NCBI RefSeq assembly: GCF_001949145.1
Contig: NW_019091359.1
Span: forward strand, 974,381 to 1,038,380
From: Acanthaster planci
Taxonomy: Eukaryota
DNA length: 64,000 bases
Direction: 5' to 3'
Shown: positions 13,301 to 24,542 of the stretch, in pieces
How the letters are laid out: each line of letters opens with the position of its first letter
Position numbering within the stretch: position 1 is the first letter of the stretch
Notes under the pieces: generated by a model
Database searches by the model: none
Told to the model about the DNA's origin: nothing
What the model saw: the letters and a program-made list of their open reading frames with translations, nothing else
Position numbers and translations under genes: made by a program

Positions 13301-14623
13301 CTGGTTGGGACATGGAGATAAACAACAAAGGGATCAGTGATTGATTTGTTGCCCCAGCCCGTCTATTTGTCACCGGTGAGAGGAGCTTGTTGACTGAATA
13401 TGCAAACTCACCTATTGGACTGGACTGGGTCACATGAGACCGATACTTTTGATCCTTCTTTCCACTCAGTTTTGGTTTTTTTGTGTTCAGGAAATTCCAC
13501 GTAACGCCAGCGAAATTTCGTAATGTTTACAGGGTGTCGGAAACAATCCTTTTCTTCTTCCCTGAGTAGCACCATTAAATTAGGAAGTGAACATTTATAA
13601 GTAGGGAAATTTGGTTTGATTTTCTATTGCTGTCATTTTCAAGATATTCTTGAATCCAAGTTTTTCACAGGAATGTGAAAACCCATGAAATTGATGCCAA
13701 CACATAACTGAAAACCATCCTGGTAGTCAGGAGCTTAAATCTGGTGCACGCTGGTTTTTTTGGGGGGGTCACGGCAACTCTTCAACTGACCCAAAGATCC
13801 AATTGATATTTGAATAATTTACATTTCAGTAGGTTTAACGGTGCCGTTACAAATCAGTACATAATATATCAAGAATTGACGTTGGCTTGGGTCACATTGC
13901 GTGATGAGGTTCCACACAAATCACTGAATATTACTTCATTTAAACACACCCGTAGCACTTCTACCCTGTGTGTCCAGGGTAATGTCATTTAAAAATATAT
14001 TTGTCGGGTACAAGTATAAAGGAAAACCCACACAAGAAATATTATTGCACACCATGTTGGCAACACGTATCCCAGCGTCTCCATGTACAACTACAGTATT
14101 CGTTAGTCTATAGTGTTGGTATCAACAGCTCTTCACAACAGCCTGACCGTTTGAGACTGAACCAGGGCACGGCCCACACTGCCCTGTGCCGCAGCATGCA
14201 AGCAGGTGTGTCAACTCAATTGGCACACCTGCAATACTGTGAGAATGTACGTTTGAGGTCTGATCAAAAGACGTCAATGTGCAACATGAGCACAGTTTGC
14301 CTGAGATCGGCCACCACTGCCGTAGGCAAGCATTTGTGACCCGCTTTACAAAAAAGGGTAATAAGTCGTGCAATTCCAAAATATGTTATGGCCTGTTCTA
14401 TTTGGAGAGGGCAAAATGTCTTCAAAGATGTGATTTTGTGTTTTTTCCTCTATGAACTTGTAGAACATTTACGTTTTCATAATTTGTGACTACAAACATG
14501 GATACTGATAAAAAAAAAATGATCATTCCGTAGGAAATCCTATGAAGCATTGTGTTTCCAAGTAACACACTTCCTGAATATCGACAAGAATATAAGATTA
14601 AATCAGTGCTCTGAAATATATGA

Positions 14624-14663
14624 TTGCCGAGCTTTCGGTAACTGAGTACCTTCTTCAGGGCAA
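14624..14663 (-). ncRNA. minimal type I hammerhead ribozyme motif (Penelope-like element type)
   Basis: Minus strand reads TTGCC-CTGAAGA-A-GGTA-ctcagt-TACC-GAAA-GCTC-GGCAA. This gives helix I (5 bp), core CUGANGA, helix II (4 bp), GAAA, palindromic AGCT helix III and a CUC cleavage triplet. Confidence 0.75.
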
Positions 14664-14679
14664 GCAGATTCAGTTCTGA

Positions 14680-14724
14680 ATGAACGTGGAAAAATAACCA
14701 CTACGTGGATTTTTCCACGTTCAT
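14680..14724. repeat. perfect 16-bp inverted repeat with inner ccac-tac-gtgg hairpin
   Basis: atgaacgtggaaaaat / atttttccacgttcat, adjacent to the hammerhead motif. Probably part of the same retroelement remnant. Confidence 0.8.
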
Positions 14725-14945
14725 CCACATCACCTCTTGTAGGTCAGTGTAAGCACCCCAGTCACAAATCCAAGGAGACTGCCGTTACTGCAGCGGCATC
14801 CCCCTCAAGTGCATATCGCACCACATTCTTAACCACAGGGTGTTTAACCCATGTGTACAACCTCCGAGTGTGGTACCAAGGCACTGATGACGTCTAATTC
14901 CAGTTGCCGATATTAGCCCATAAACCAAAGTCTCCACGTCCCTAC

Positions 14946-15148
14946 CTGCGGATGCACGTTGACGATGCAGACTTTGCCTGCCTTGGAGATCCTCTTGATG
15001 GTCTCTATGCTGGTCCCGTACAGGTTGCCTTTGTACTCCCCATACTCCAAGAAGCAGTTCCCTCGGATGGCCTCCTCCATTAGCGACCTCTCAATGAAGT
15101 AATACTCCTTCCCGTCTTCCTCCGCCCACTTCTTGGGTCTTGAGGTAT
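14946..15148 (-). CDS. MPP7: MPP7-like coding exon 13 (GK)
   Basis: tttcag/gtaggg. (H)TSRPKKWAEEDGKEYYFIERSLMEEAIRGNCFLEYGEYKGNLYGTSIETIKRISKAGKVCIVNVHPQ. Confidence 0.95.
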
Positions 15149-15730
15149 CTGAAAAATATGAAACCACCATATAATCGCTTTTGGCGTGATCCCTTGATGC
15201 ACGCTATTCGAACGGAACGTCAACGCCCGCCTCGAGCCAGTGAGAGACCAGACGAGGGTTGCATTTTTTCCCGTGGCCAAAGGCCAAGGGAAATAGGACC
15301 CTCTTCTTGTCATTTAGTCCCTCGGGGTGCACGAACGTGCACGAGTGTTCAAATTTTGCCAGTAGATATGTGTATATAGTAACACACCTCTTTCCAAACT
15401 GTAAAATAAGACAAGAAACTTTTTTTGGTTGTATAACTGAGCTGTTTAATTTAACCATGAACTCATAAGCGATTCAACAGCAGAGGGAACGCTTCTAGTT
15501 TCTCTCGCTGCAGTTTATGAGTTGCTTTCCACTGTTCTCATCATGTGAGGGGTGTCGTAACTAATCAGGCACTACACTCTGAAATTTGTGCACGAGTGAT
15601 ATCTTGGCACTAGTCCAGTTCACAGGGAAGCAACTTTCATGTACTACATGTATCCTATATGAGTAAACCACACATGACCGTGTTTCAGCTTATTAGGATA
15701 AAGAACCAGCAAGAGGTGTGTTGTGAACAG

Positions 15731-15972
15731 GGGCCAATTTCTTAGCGCTGTTTAAGCAAAAAATTTGTATAAGCGTGAAAAAAACCTTGCTTGGCAATTC
15801 AGGTTACCAGTTAAAACTTCTTGTGATGTATATTGTTTTGGAATGGTATTTACCTGTCGTTTGGTTAGCACGACAATCACATAGAGTTTGAGCTGGTAAC
15901 CTTTGTTTATTAAACAAGGTTTTTTCGTACTTAAGCAAATTCTGTGCTTAAGCAGCTCTATGGCATTGGCCC
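15731..15972. mobile_element. MITE (GGGCCAATTTC...-type TIR family)
   Basis: TIRs gggccaatttcttagcgctgtttaagca / tgcttaagcagctctatggcattggccc, with internal inverted ggttaccag/ctggtaacc. Confidence 0.75.
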
Positions 15973-16567
15973 GTTTATGGCTTGTGAATAGCAACCCTAA
16001 ATGAAGATACTGACAAAGGTAGAGCCCTGGTGCCATGTTTCGGAGACCTCCACCTGCATTCTGGTAAATTTGTTTGCTCAAATTTATAATTGTAAGCACC
16101 TCGTCAGGTGGTCTAATAACACGCATTTGAAAAAAATAAGGAGTGATTAGGTATGACGTAAAACACAGGAGGAGAGACTGGTGACGTTACCATCATTTTA
16201 CTTGAACGCGACAAAGGTGGAAAAGTTTCGTACGGATATTCTGAGTACAGTGGGTGTCCTCAGAGCCAAGCCCTGCATGTGATGTAACTACAGTGTTTTG
16301 CGGCTTAAAATATCCTGAATGGTAAATAATATGTACTTGTTTGTAAATAAAGCTGCTGTGTACATGAAGCCTAAACGTTGAACAATGCAAAAAATAAAAC
16401 CAAAAACCAAGGAGCCGCCAAAAGTGTCGAGTTCAGTCATTTCATACAACAGTGATCTCTAGTGATGTGTGGGGAAAAAAAGCAGTGGGCACGTATTCAA
16501 TGTAGGTTTGCTTGTTTGAGCACTCCTCTGTTTGATCACAGAGACCACTACGCACGTCAGTACTTAC

Positions 16568-16648
16568 GGGGAATTGCGGGCTGGTAGCGGTCTGGGTTGG
16601 TTGCCATCATTCGTCTCTTCAGCTCGTTCCGACCAACTCCTGGTGGTC
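16568..16648 (-). CDS. MPP7: MPP7-like coding exon 12 (GK P-loop)
   Basis: actcag/gtaagt. (G)PPGVGRNELKRRMMATNPDRYQPAIP. The Pro before HTSR is the MAGUK-type non-catalytic GK residue. Confidence 0.95.
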
Positions 16649-17084
16649 CTGAGTGGACAAAAACAAAAGAGAAAATAAACAATTAATAATCAAGCACAAG
16701 TAATCAGTGGATTCAATTTTCAGCCAGGACTGACGACAAAGACACTTTCATCGTGGCAAAAACTACAAGTGGCACATTTACTTCTGACCGGCAGTTCTTT
16801 CTGACACCAGGTCGGTAACTCGCTTCTATAAATCAGGCTATTACATCAATTGTGATCATGAGGTTTCAGCCATACATGTGCATGTACCTTGCATGATGCA
16901 TGCATGGTAAGGGTGGGACGTTTACACATTTAAACCTTTAAATGAAAAAAGTTCCGAACTGGAAGGCTGTCCATGTATCTAATCCTGACAAGTCGAGAAT
17001 GGAAATAAAACTCAATTTTAAATGTTGACATGATGATTGCCTTATACAGTGTTGAGACCTCCATGCAATTGTTCCTTGACTCAC

Positions 17085-17168
17085 CGACAAGAACTATTGG
17101 TCGCGGATGTTCTGTGGCAAGATATGGGATCACTTCCTCGTAGGTCATGATTTCATGCTGGGCAAATT
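17085..17168 (-). CDS. MPP7: MPP7-like coding exon 11 (HOOK/GK boundary)
   Basis: cgtcag/gtgagt. (E)FAQHEIMTYEEVIPYLATEHPRPIVLV, containing the TYEEV motif. Confidence 0.93.
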
Positions 17169-17982
17169 CTGACGGCAAAAACCAAAACAAAACAAACTAA
17201 TTCATTCACTTCTTCATCATAATATCTGAAGAAACTCTTCACGCAGAACTGACTTTGATCAAGCTCTTCTCAGAGAAGTGAAAATAATATGATAAAAATC
17301 AATGACCTAACCAGCCCAGAAGGGGGGAAAAACCTTGTAAAGTCAGATATGGACACTTAGAATGACCGTGATGCCACCTTGCATGAGTAGGCCCTCGGTG
17401 GCTCTGAAGAGAAGGCTGGGCTCAGCCTAGTATGCCATTAGTCTGTTGCTGACCTGTAGGTGGGGTGCCTTCATTCGGAAATTGGTAGTGCATACTCAAT
17501 ACAATAAGTACGCGAACACAAAATGTTAGGTGACACACTGAGTCCATACAAAGATGACTGTGAGCTATTATTTACAAATCTCAATAAGTCAGGCAAAATG
17601 ACTTGGTGCTAAAGGAACTAAATAAATACGATAACACCAGGTACAATTTTACCGAGTTTATAAACAACACGACTGCTCAGAAAATAACAGGTGGGTGATC
17701 TTTTCAAACAAAAACAAGCAGAGAACCTCATTAGCAAATAAATTCAATAGCATGATGTTTCAGTGGGTAACGTTTTTTTGGTTAGCTTTGTACATTCCAT
17801 GCAAAGTAATTTGGTATCAGTTTCTATTTAAGTCCATCTTCCCTCTTTGGTCAGTGTTGCACATGAGACCATTTTTAAGTACCATAAGTCTCCAACCAGA
17901 CAGAACAACTAGAAGAGCACTGAGGAGTCACAAATGCTGATTTTTAAAGAATGAAAAAAAGGAACCAACCAAAACAACCTAC

Positions 17983-18069
17983 CGTCACTTTTCTTGGCTT
18001 GGTACATAATCTTCTTGATCTTCCGTTTGCTGCCACGGAGACCGCCGCTTCGAGTGGGAATCCTCAGAG
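17983..18069 (-). CDS. MPP7: MPP7-like coding exon 10 (basic HOOK region)
   Basis: taacag/gtaggt. (S)LRIPTRSGGLRGSKRKIKKIMYQAKKSD. Phases fit both neighbours. Confidence 0.85.
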
Positions 18070-18510
18070 CTGTTAAATCCAAATGGTGGAAATTTACTTT
18101 AAGAAACTCAGGCTTGAATTGACGTCAAAAGGCACAGAAATACATTAGGATTCAAGAAACTATGGTCCATTTTGCTTGTTTTTGCAGTCTACAAATCTAA
18201 TAGAACATATGCATCAGAGCTGGGAATTAGACCTTAACCAAGGCTTGTTCTTTAGCTTCCCCTAATTCCATAACTTTTCCTTAATTTTCCATAACCTTTC
18301 TGTGACATTCTCCATAAATTTTCCAAGGTTTTCCATAGCCAAACATATTGTTTTCATGACTTTTGACTGTTTTTGAATTTCATGTGTTGTCTGAAGTAGG
18401 GAACCCATTTTTCCTCTCCAAAAACCGTTTTTAAATAAGGAATTAAAAAAAGAAACAAAAAAAATGAAAATCCCCACAAAACACAGAGGAAGGAAACAAA
18501 ATAATCTTAC

Positions 18511-18584
18511 AGCTCCTCTGAAACGCCAACTCTGTTGAGTGATTGCCCAGTGGCATGGTAGGACATTTGTTGAGAGCCTGCCGT
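18511..18584 (-). CDS. MPP7: MPP7-like coding exon 9 (post-SH3)
   Basis: ctgcag/gtaaga. (R)RQALNKCPTMPLGNHSTELAFQRS, completing QERR. Phase 2-1 is required for the frame. Confidence 0.82.
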
Positions 18585-18880
18585 CTGCAGTTTAGAGAAG
18601 AAAAAGGTTTCAAATCATAACAATTTCAAAATATCAATGAAATCTCAAACTCAATTTTGCAGCAGGTCCTCAAAAGTAGATCTTGAGACCGTCCTTGATA
18701 TAATTAAGAGTAACTGTAATACTTCTGATCTTTTCCATCATGCAAGTGATCTTAAAGCACCGTACAATTATTATATCATGTCACGAGAGTACGAGACCAA
18801 TTTAGAAGTTGATATTCTCGAACATCTATAATGAAGCCACTTATACTCGTTGATGTAAAGGAAAGTAGGGGTAGAGTACA

Positions 18881-19185
18881 GGCAGGTTCATACTCGCTGC
18901 GTACGCACTGTGTATGCAGTGCGAGGGTCTATTCTGAGGTGTCTGCATCGCGTGACGGAAAGCTAAGTGCATAATGAAATGCGCGCCCTAGAACGCAGTT
19001 TGTGAAAATAATGGAAAGTGCATCTGCACCAAACGTATGCGTAGTCGGACAAATTGAAATTTTAAAAACTTTTGTTGGATGCGCACACGCAGCCGAGACT
19101 TGAGAAAAGATGAAAGTGCGAACGACAAATGCGGCATTTACATTGCGCGCTCCATGCGTGCAAACGCAGCAAGTATGAACCAGCC
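18881..19185. mobile_element. MITE, PIF/Harbinger-like TIRs
   Basis: ggcaggttcatactcgctgcgt / acgcagcaagtatgaaccagcc. CpG-rich interior against CpG-poor flanks. Confidence 0.7.
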
Positions 19186-19296
19186 CTAATTTTCCCAAGG
19201 TAAAAACGTACAACCAACTGCTAGATTCAAACCCCTGACACTATTATGGGGTCTCTAATCCTAACCGCTAGGTGAATGCCCCAAAGTTTGAGACTT

Positions 19297-19771
19297 GGGC
19301 CCAATTTCAAGGCGCTGCTAAGTGCACGATTTTACGCTAACAGAGGCTCCACGTATGTCATGGAGACCGTACGCCATACTGTAAGCACAACTTCAAGAAG
19401 TTACGAGTTGCGAGTAATAAAAATTTATGGGGCCAGTCGAGTAGAGTCTGACTTGGGTTGGTAACAAGTCATTTTTGCAAGTCCAAGTCATTTTTTGCAG
19501 GTCCAACTCAAATCACAAGTCAAAGCTGGTATTTACAAGTCAAGTCACAAGTCACAAAAATAGCAACTTCAGTCCAAGTCACATGACTTGAGTCAGCAAC
19601 TCTGTTCGTGATGTAACAATGGATCTCTGTATGCATGCCCATGAAACTTCTGCGCTAAGTATAGCAACTGTAAAATGATGGTCATTAAATACGCTCACCA
19701 TTGAGCAAATTTTTATGCTGTGGTTAGCAAAAAAATTGCTTAACGTTAACCAGTGCTGTGAAATTAGGCCC
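19297..19771. mobile_element. GGGCCCAATTTC-type MITE interrupted by a CAAGTC-repeat element (~19434-19604)
   Basis: TIRs gggcccaatttcaaggcgctg / cagtgctgtgaaattaggccc. Internal run of caagtc/caagtca units ending gacttgagtcagcaactctg. Confidence 0.6.
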
Positions 19772-19853
19772 TGCCTAACACCTTCAGCACTGCCACAGGT
19801 CCTGCAGGCTTGCATACCAGTTTAAGTGACTGAGAACTGCTTGGCACTGCTGT

Positions 19854-20067
19854 GGCCGGGTTTCATATATCTACTTAAATGTGATGAAGAAAATATCTGC
19901 TTAGCAAAAAAACAGGTTACCAGCTAAACTGTCATTCACTGTGTACCACTTGTGGCTTGTTCCCAGCTGATTTTTGCTTAGTATAAAATTGTGCCAAGCA
20001 ACATTTCCTGTTTTGCAACCCTCTAAATTAAGCCTTTTGCGCATTAAGTTTTAATGAAATCTGGTAC
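19854..20067. mobile_element. degenerate copy of the 10332/15731 MITE family
   Basis: Shares ggttaccagctaaa and ctgatttttgctta with the other copies. Degenerate termini. Confidence 0.5.
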
Positions 20068-20494
20068 ACTCAGTTCTTTAACTTCACATGAACATAACAA
20101 TTTGTATTCTCCATACTAAAAACACTGCTGCTATTACCTTGTGATTCAGGGCAAGTTTTTGCTTAGTTACATAAGAGACGCCTTGCACCAGTACACTGTT
20201 CTCAATGGCAATGAAGGGCATAAAGAAACCAGTCCATTCCAGAAACGGTGGTCGCTTTGCAAAAGCTTGCCACAATGACGAGGTATAGCAACAGTGTCTT
20301 TAGTCTGGGGAATTCAAACTGTCATGTTTATGTGCAATCAGATAACTCAGTGTACCAGATTTTATTCAAATTTAACTTGCAAAAGACTTTTTGGGCCCTG
20401 GTCAAGGACGGAACTGGGGGAGGGGGGCCAACAGGGACCATGGTCCCTCCCCCCAAAAAAGTGGTTCTGGATCCGTCCCTGGATGTCAGTGTAC

Positions 20495-20691
20495 CTTTCC
20501 TGTAGGAGTTTGCTGGGGATGAGGCCAGCTCGTGGGCCTTTCACCCCTTCCCGTCTCGCCTGCCACCACATCGGGTCGTCCTGGTTCACGATGTGCAAGA
20601 TGTCGCCCTTCTTGAAGGACAGCCCCGCCTCTGGGCAGGGGATGGCATTATCGTTATAAGGGTTGTAGTCAAAATATGTCTTGACGCGCAC
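20495..20691 (-). CDS. MPP7: MPP7-like coding exon 8 (SH3)
   Basis: aatcag/gtacac. [65 protein letters not shown]. Confidence 0.96.
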
Positions 20692-21369
20692 CTGATTCAC
20701 AAATGAAAAAGAGCAAGTATGATCATTAACAGAAATATAAAATATCATCCATATTGACTGCCATTTCTTGGGGAACTTTCCTGAATTGTCAAACATCCAA
20801 CGTCAAACCGCTGTGCAAGAACCCAATGCTTTATTTAACTTTCAATGGGCGTGAGCCACACGCACGCACATACTTGTTCCGTAAGTGGAAGGGCAACCCA
20901 CATGTTGGATACCAAAATGCTAACTGGCCCAGTTTTTGTTGCCCCAATTTGCTCTTGACTTTCGCCACCAAAAGAAATTTTCCTCGCACTGCTGTTAAGG
21001 CCTAACCAGCAATAATGGCCGGGACCTGCATTCTTAAATTGTACAAACTCCTTTAAATCAAAACAAGGTGGACATGGAAGAACCACTAGGTGCAATGCTA
21101 AATTTGTCATGCATCAAATCTGTGAGTGATTCTAGCTAAGGCGTTGCCAAGGTGAGGGAAAAATGTTCTTTCGTATCCATGTTCCAGATTTCCGACAGTA
21201 AGACTAGATTTGTGATAAAAATGTTCTTCATGAACCTTCTATAACTTCTGCAAATCAACCTACAGACTTTATAGAATGTTTACCAACAGATTGAGAAGTT
21301 ATTTAAAATAATTTGGGGATAACAAATGTCATCAACTTAAGAAACGCCAAGAAAAAAAAATGAACTCAC

Positions 21370-21372
21370 TTT
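21370..21372 (-). CDS. candidate 3-nt alternative microexon (AAA, Lys)
   Basis: tgctgctaccctgtgccatgccatttcag|AAA|gtgagt in a phase-0 intron, with UGC motifs just upstream. Confidence 0.45.
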
Positions 21373-23529
21373 CTGAAATGGCATGGCACAGGGTAGCAGC
21401 AACATGCAATGGAAATGAACAAACATGGATGATTACTGTATTACATGAATGAATAAATAAAGACGAGGATGATATTATCAGGTCAGCCCCAAGGAGTGAC
21501 CTACATGTAGGTCATATAAAGGTTGTTCCTGCAAATAGCCCATATTTGTGCTGTTTTGCTTTGTGGCCACTTTTGGACCATCGCAACAACATGTGACACA
21601 CTGTTGTGTGACACAACCACTGTCTTTCAGGTAATTCAAGTCCCAAATCCAATCCAACAGTCCCTAATTTTCACCAAATACGAAATTTCAAGTTGGATTA
21701 GAGTTAATCAAAAGTTGGTACTTCTGTGGTGAATCACTCATTTTTTGAGGGATTCAAACCTTTTACCTCTGCACAGCAAAGATGGTATGAACAAAACAAC
21801 TGTTTTATTTTTAGATTGTGATGTAAGAAGTATCTAAATAGGGAATTTGCTAGCCATGGTAAGAGTTTTCTCATTGGCACGCAACTAAGTGAAGCCAACC
21901 ACTAGACAGGCCTTATTTAATAAGTTCATAACCCTGGAGGAAAAACATTGTAACCAGACTTCTCAATGCACATCATGATTTGCTCGGTTGCTAAAGAAAA
22001 AGTGTCCCACATCACAGCAGCTGACAAATATGAATAATGATCTTCCTGCCATGCATATTGTGTTTTTTTCTGAAGCAAACATGCTGTGTCAATACACATG
22101 AATAGGCAAACTCGTTTCTGAATAATAAACAGACCTGCAACGGTCTTTTAAAAAGGCTTTGAAAACAAACCAAACCAGAAACTGAAACCAACAACAAAAC
22201 AAGCCAAAGAAAACAAAAAACCTGGGGAAACTGTGTCATGGTCATGTCCTCGGGAACACAACTAGAGTGAGTAATGAATATACATGTAAATTTTTCTGAC
22301 GTCAGCAACGATCCTCATGAATAATGCAATTGGCCTGCACCTGACAATCAGTGCCTGGAAGTTACTTATTCACAATGATCTTTGTTAATGTCAGACACCT
22401 TTACTTTCAGGACAGGACCTTGTTTTGTTTTGATTTTTTGTTGTCTGAAAATAAATTCTTTGCAAACACAACATTTCACATCTCTGAAGATCGCACAATG
22501 CATGCCACATGCCTCAGTGCCATTACCTGCTTTGGAATTATTTCACATTTCTGGAATGGGAACAAAAAATGTAAAAATAGTGGTTTAGTTGGGAATATCG
22601 CCAACCATTTTGATTATTTTTTGTGATTTTTAACCTCTGTTTGGATAATTAGGGGTAAAAATTACACAATCAAGACTGTTCTATGCACTGCATGTTACAT
22701 AAGAAGATCCTGAAAGTAGAGAAATCACACGCTTTTCCGCAACTTTAAAATCCATTATGTACTTCTTTTGTATGAGTGCATCTGCAATAGTTTCTAGGTT
22801 ATCTTACTGACTGAAATGCCTGCGTTAGTTTGGTGAGGTGATTTTGGAATTGAAATGACCAAATACAATGAGACATTTCACAACTGTTAGTTCGTAAAAT
22901 GGTCTGTGCAGCTGTGAGACTGTTATCTAAGCACTATAAACACAAATATGAAAGAACTTTAAATGACTTTTTAATTCTGCTGGGAGATTAACGACAAAGT
23001 CGTCTTACAGAAAATACATTCATGAATTAAAATAAAATTTAGGGTCAGACTATACATTTTTAAAACTTATCCAACTTTGAAATACAAAAATCATATCACA
23101 CTTTAAATGTTAAACATAACAATAAACCAAATAAATGTTAACAGGACATTAACAACTTCTATGAGACCGTATACATGTACAAATTTCTCCTTTAGCATTA
23201 TCTTTGTACTGCAAAACAAGATTTTTAATTTCAGTCTTTGCTTTATGGATCAAATTTCATAGAGGTAGTTCACCCAATAGAAGCTGAAACACCTTTAAAT
23301 CCATGTACGGCCTCTTGACCACTTGATAACTTGATTCCAGGTTTGAGCTTGCATATATTTCAATTCTACATCAATTTGAACTTAGAAACTGACTGCAGTG
23401 GCTCTTGACAACTATCAGTGTTTAGTTAGGGAGGAATGTACCGGTATGACTGAGCAGTGATAAGCCAGTGGTCATGGTGAGGATGCATCCTGAGGATGCA
23501 TCCCATCATGCCTCTGACAACTCTATTAC

Positions 23530-23604
23530 CTGGCTCTCCATCGCATTTCTTGTCTCGACTTCGGCTGGGACGAGCTTGAAGGTGATTGTTCCATCGGATG
23601 AGGA
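23530..23604 (-). CDS. MPP7: MPP7-like coding exon 7 (PDZ end)
   Basis: gcgcag/gtaata. SSSDGTITFKLVPAEVETRNAMESQ. Confidence 0.9.
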
Positions 23605-24182
23605 CTGCGCACAAAGTACATGTATGGAGAAAAAGCCAATTAGTCTGGTGCTTTACGAGGCTATCCTTCCATAGAAATTATCAGTACAGTGGCCAGTATG
23701 AGACCGAGTCTGAATAGCATAACAAAGGTCCATAAAATTAGTTTGGTTACATAAAGTTATAATTTATTCATGATTCACAATACAAACATGTTCCCAAAAA
23801 CTCAACTTCTGAAAAAGAGAATCTGCAAGAGATCAATTTCTTAAATTATTTTGAATGGACTTTTGATTGTCACCTTGTGATACCACAAGACATGGGAGAC
23901 TAGTGATGTTGTCAAGTAAATAGCAAGTCTTCAAAAGTTTGCACAAATCCACCGCCAATCGTCACAAGTCCAACATCATTAATTCTGACAAGTCTATCAT
24001 AAGCATTCATGAGTCCACTGTAAGTTACCCAGTCCAACTTTGAAATCACAACTTGAGTTATTCAGGAGAACACTGCCAAGGGCATCCCGTTGTTACCAAT
24101 GATCCCCAATTAAGATGTCACCAGAAATGTGCTGTGACTTTTGCCCAGTTTTAACTACATTGGAGGAGGATATTTGACTTAC

Positions 24183-24268
24183 CAGGAGGCTGACTACTTC
24201 GTCAGGGTCTCTTCCCCTCACGTCCACCCCATTCACCTCATGGACCACATCACCTACATGAATCAATC
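24183..24268 (-). CDS. MPP7: MPP7-like coding exon 6 (PDZ)
   Basis: ttgcag/gtaagt. (G)LIHVGDVVHEVNGVDVRGRDPDEVVSLL. Confidence 0.95.
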
Positions 24269-24460
24269 CTGCAAGACGAACAAACTTTCACATATCAACA
24301 GAGCAAACCCACAAGAGGAAAACTAATGACCTCACACAATTTACGGACACTTTGAAAAACTCTAAATTTTAGAGTTGACAAAAGGTTGAAATAAAACTAT
24401 AACACAAGAAACAGACAATTATACATGGATTTAATTTGATTTTCAGATCTTTTGGCTTAC

Positions 24461-24542
24461 CACTTCTGTCTGCAGCACCACCGTGCATTACCCGGGCTAT
24501 CACGACAGAGTTAAGCACATCATCCCATTTTATTGTAGCTCC
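24461..24542 (-). CDS. MPP7: MPP7-like coding exon 5 (PDZ)
   Basis: ccaaag (AAG acceptor)/gtaagc. GATIKWDDVLNSVVIARVMHGGAADRS. Confidence 0.95.

Noticed and set aside
17404..17430. CTGAAGA followed by a hairpin
   Set aside because: No GAAA after the stem and no helix I/III, so not a hammerhead.
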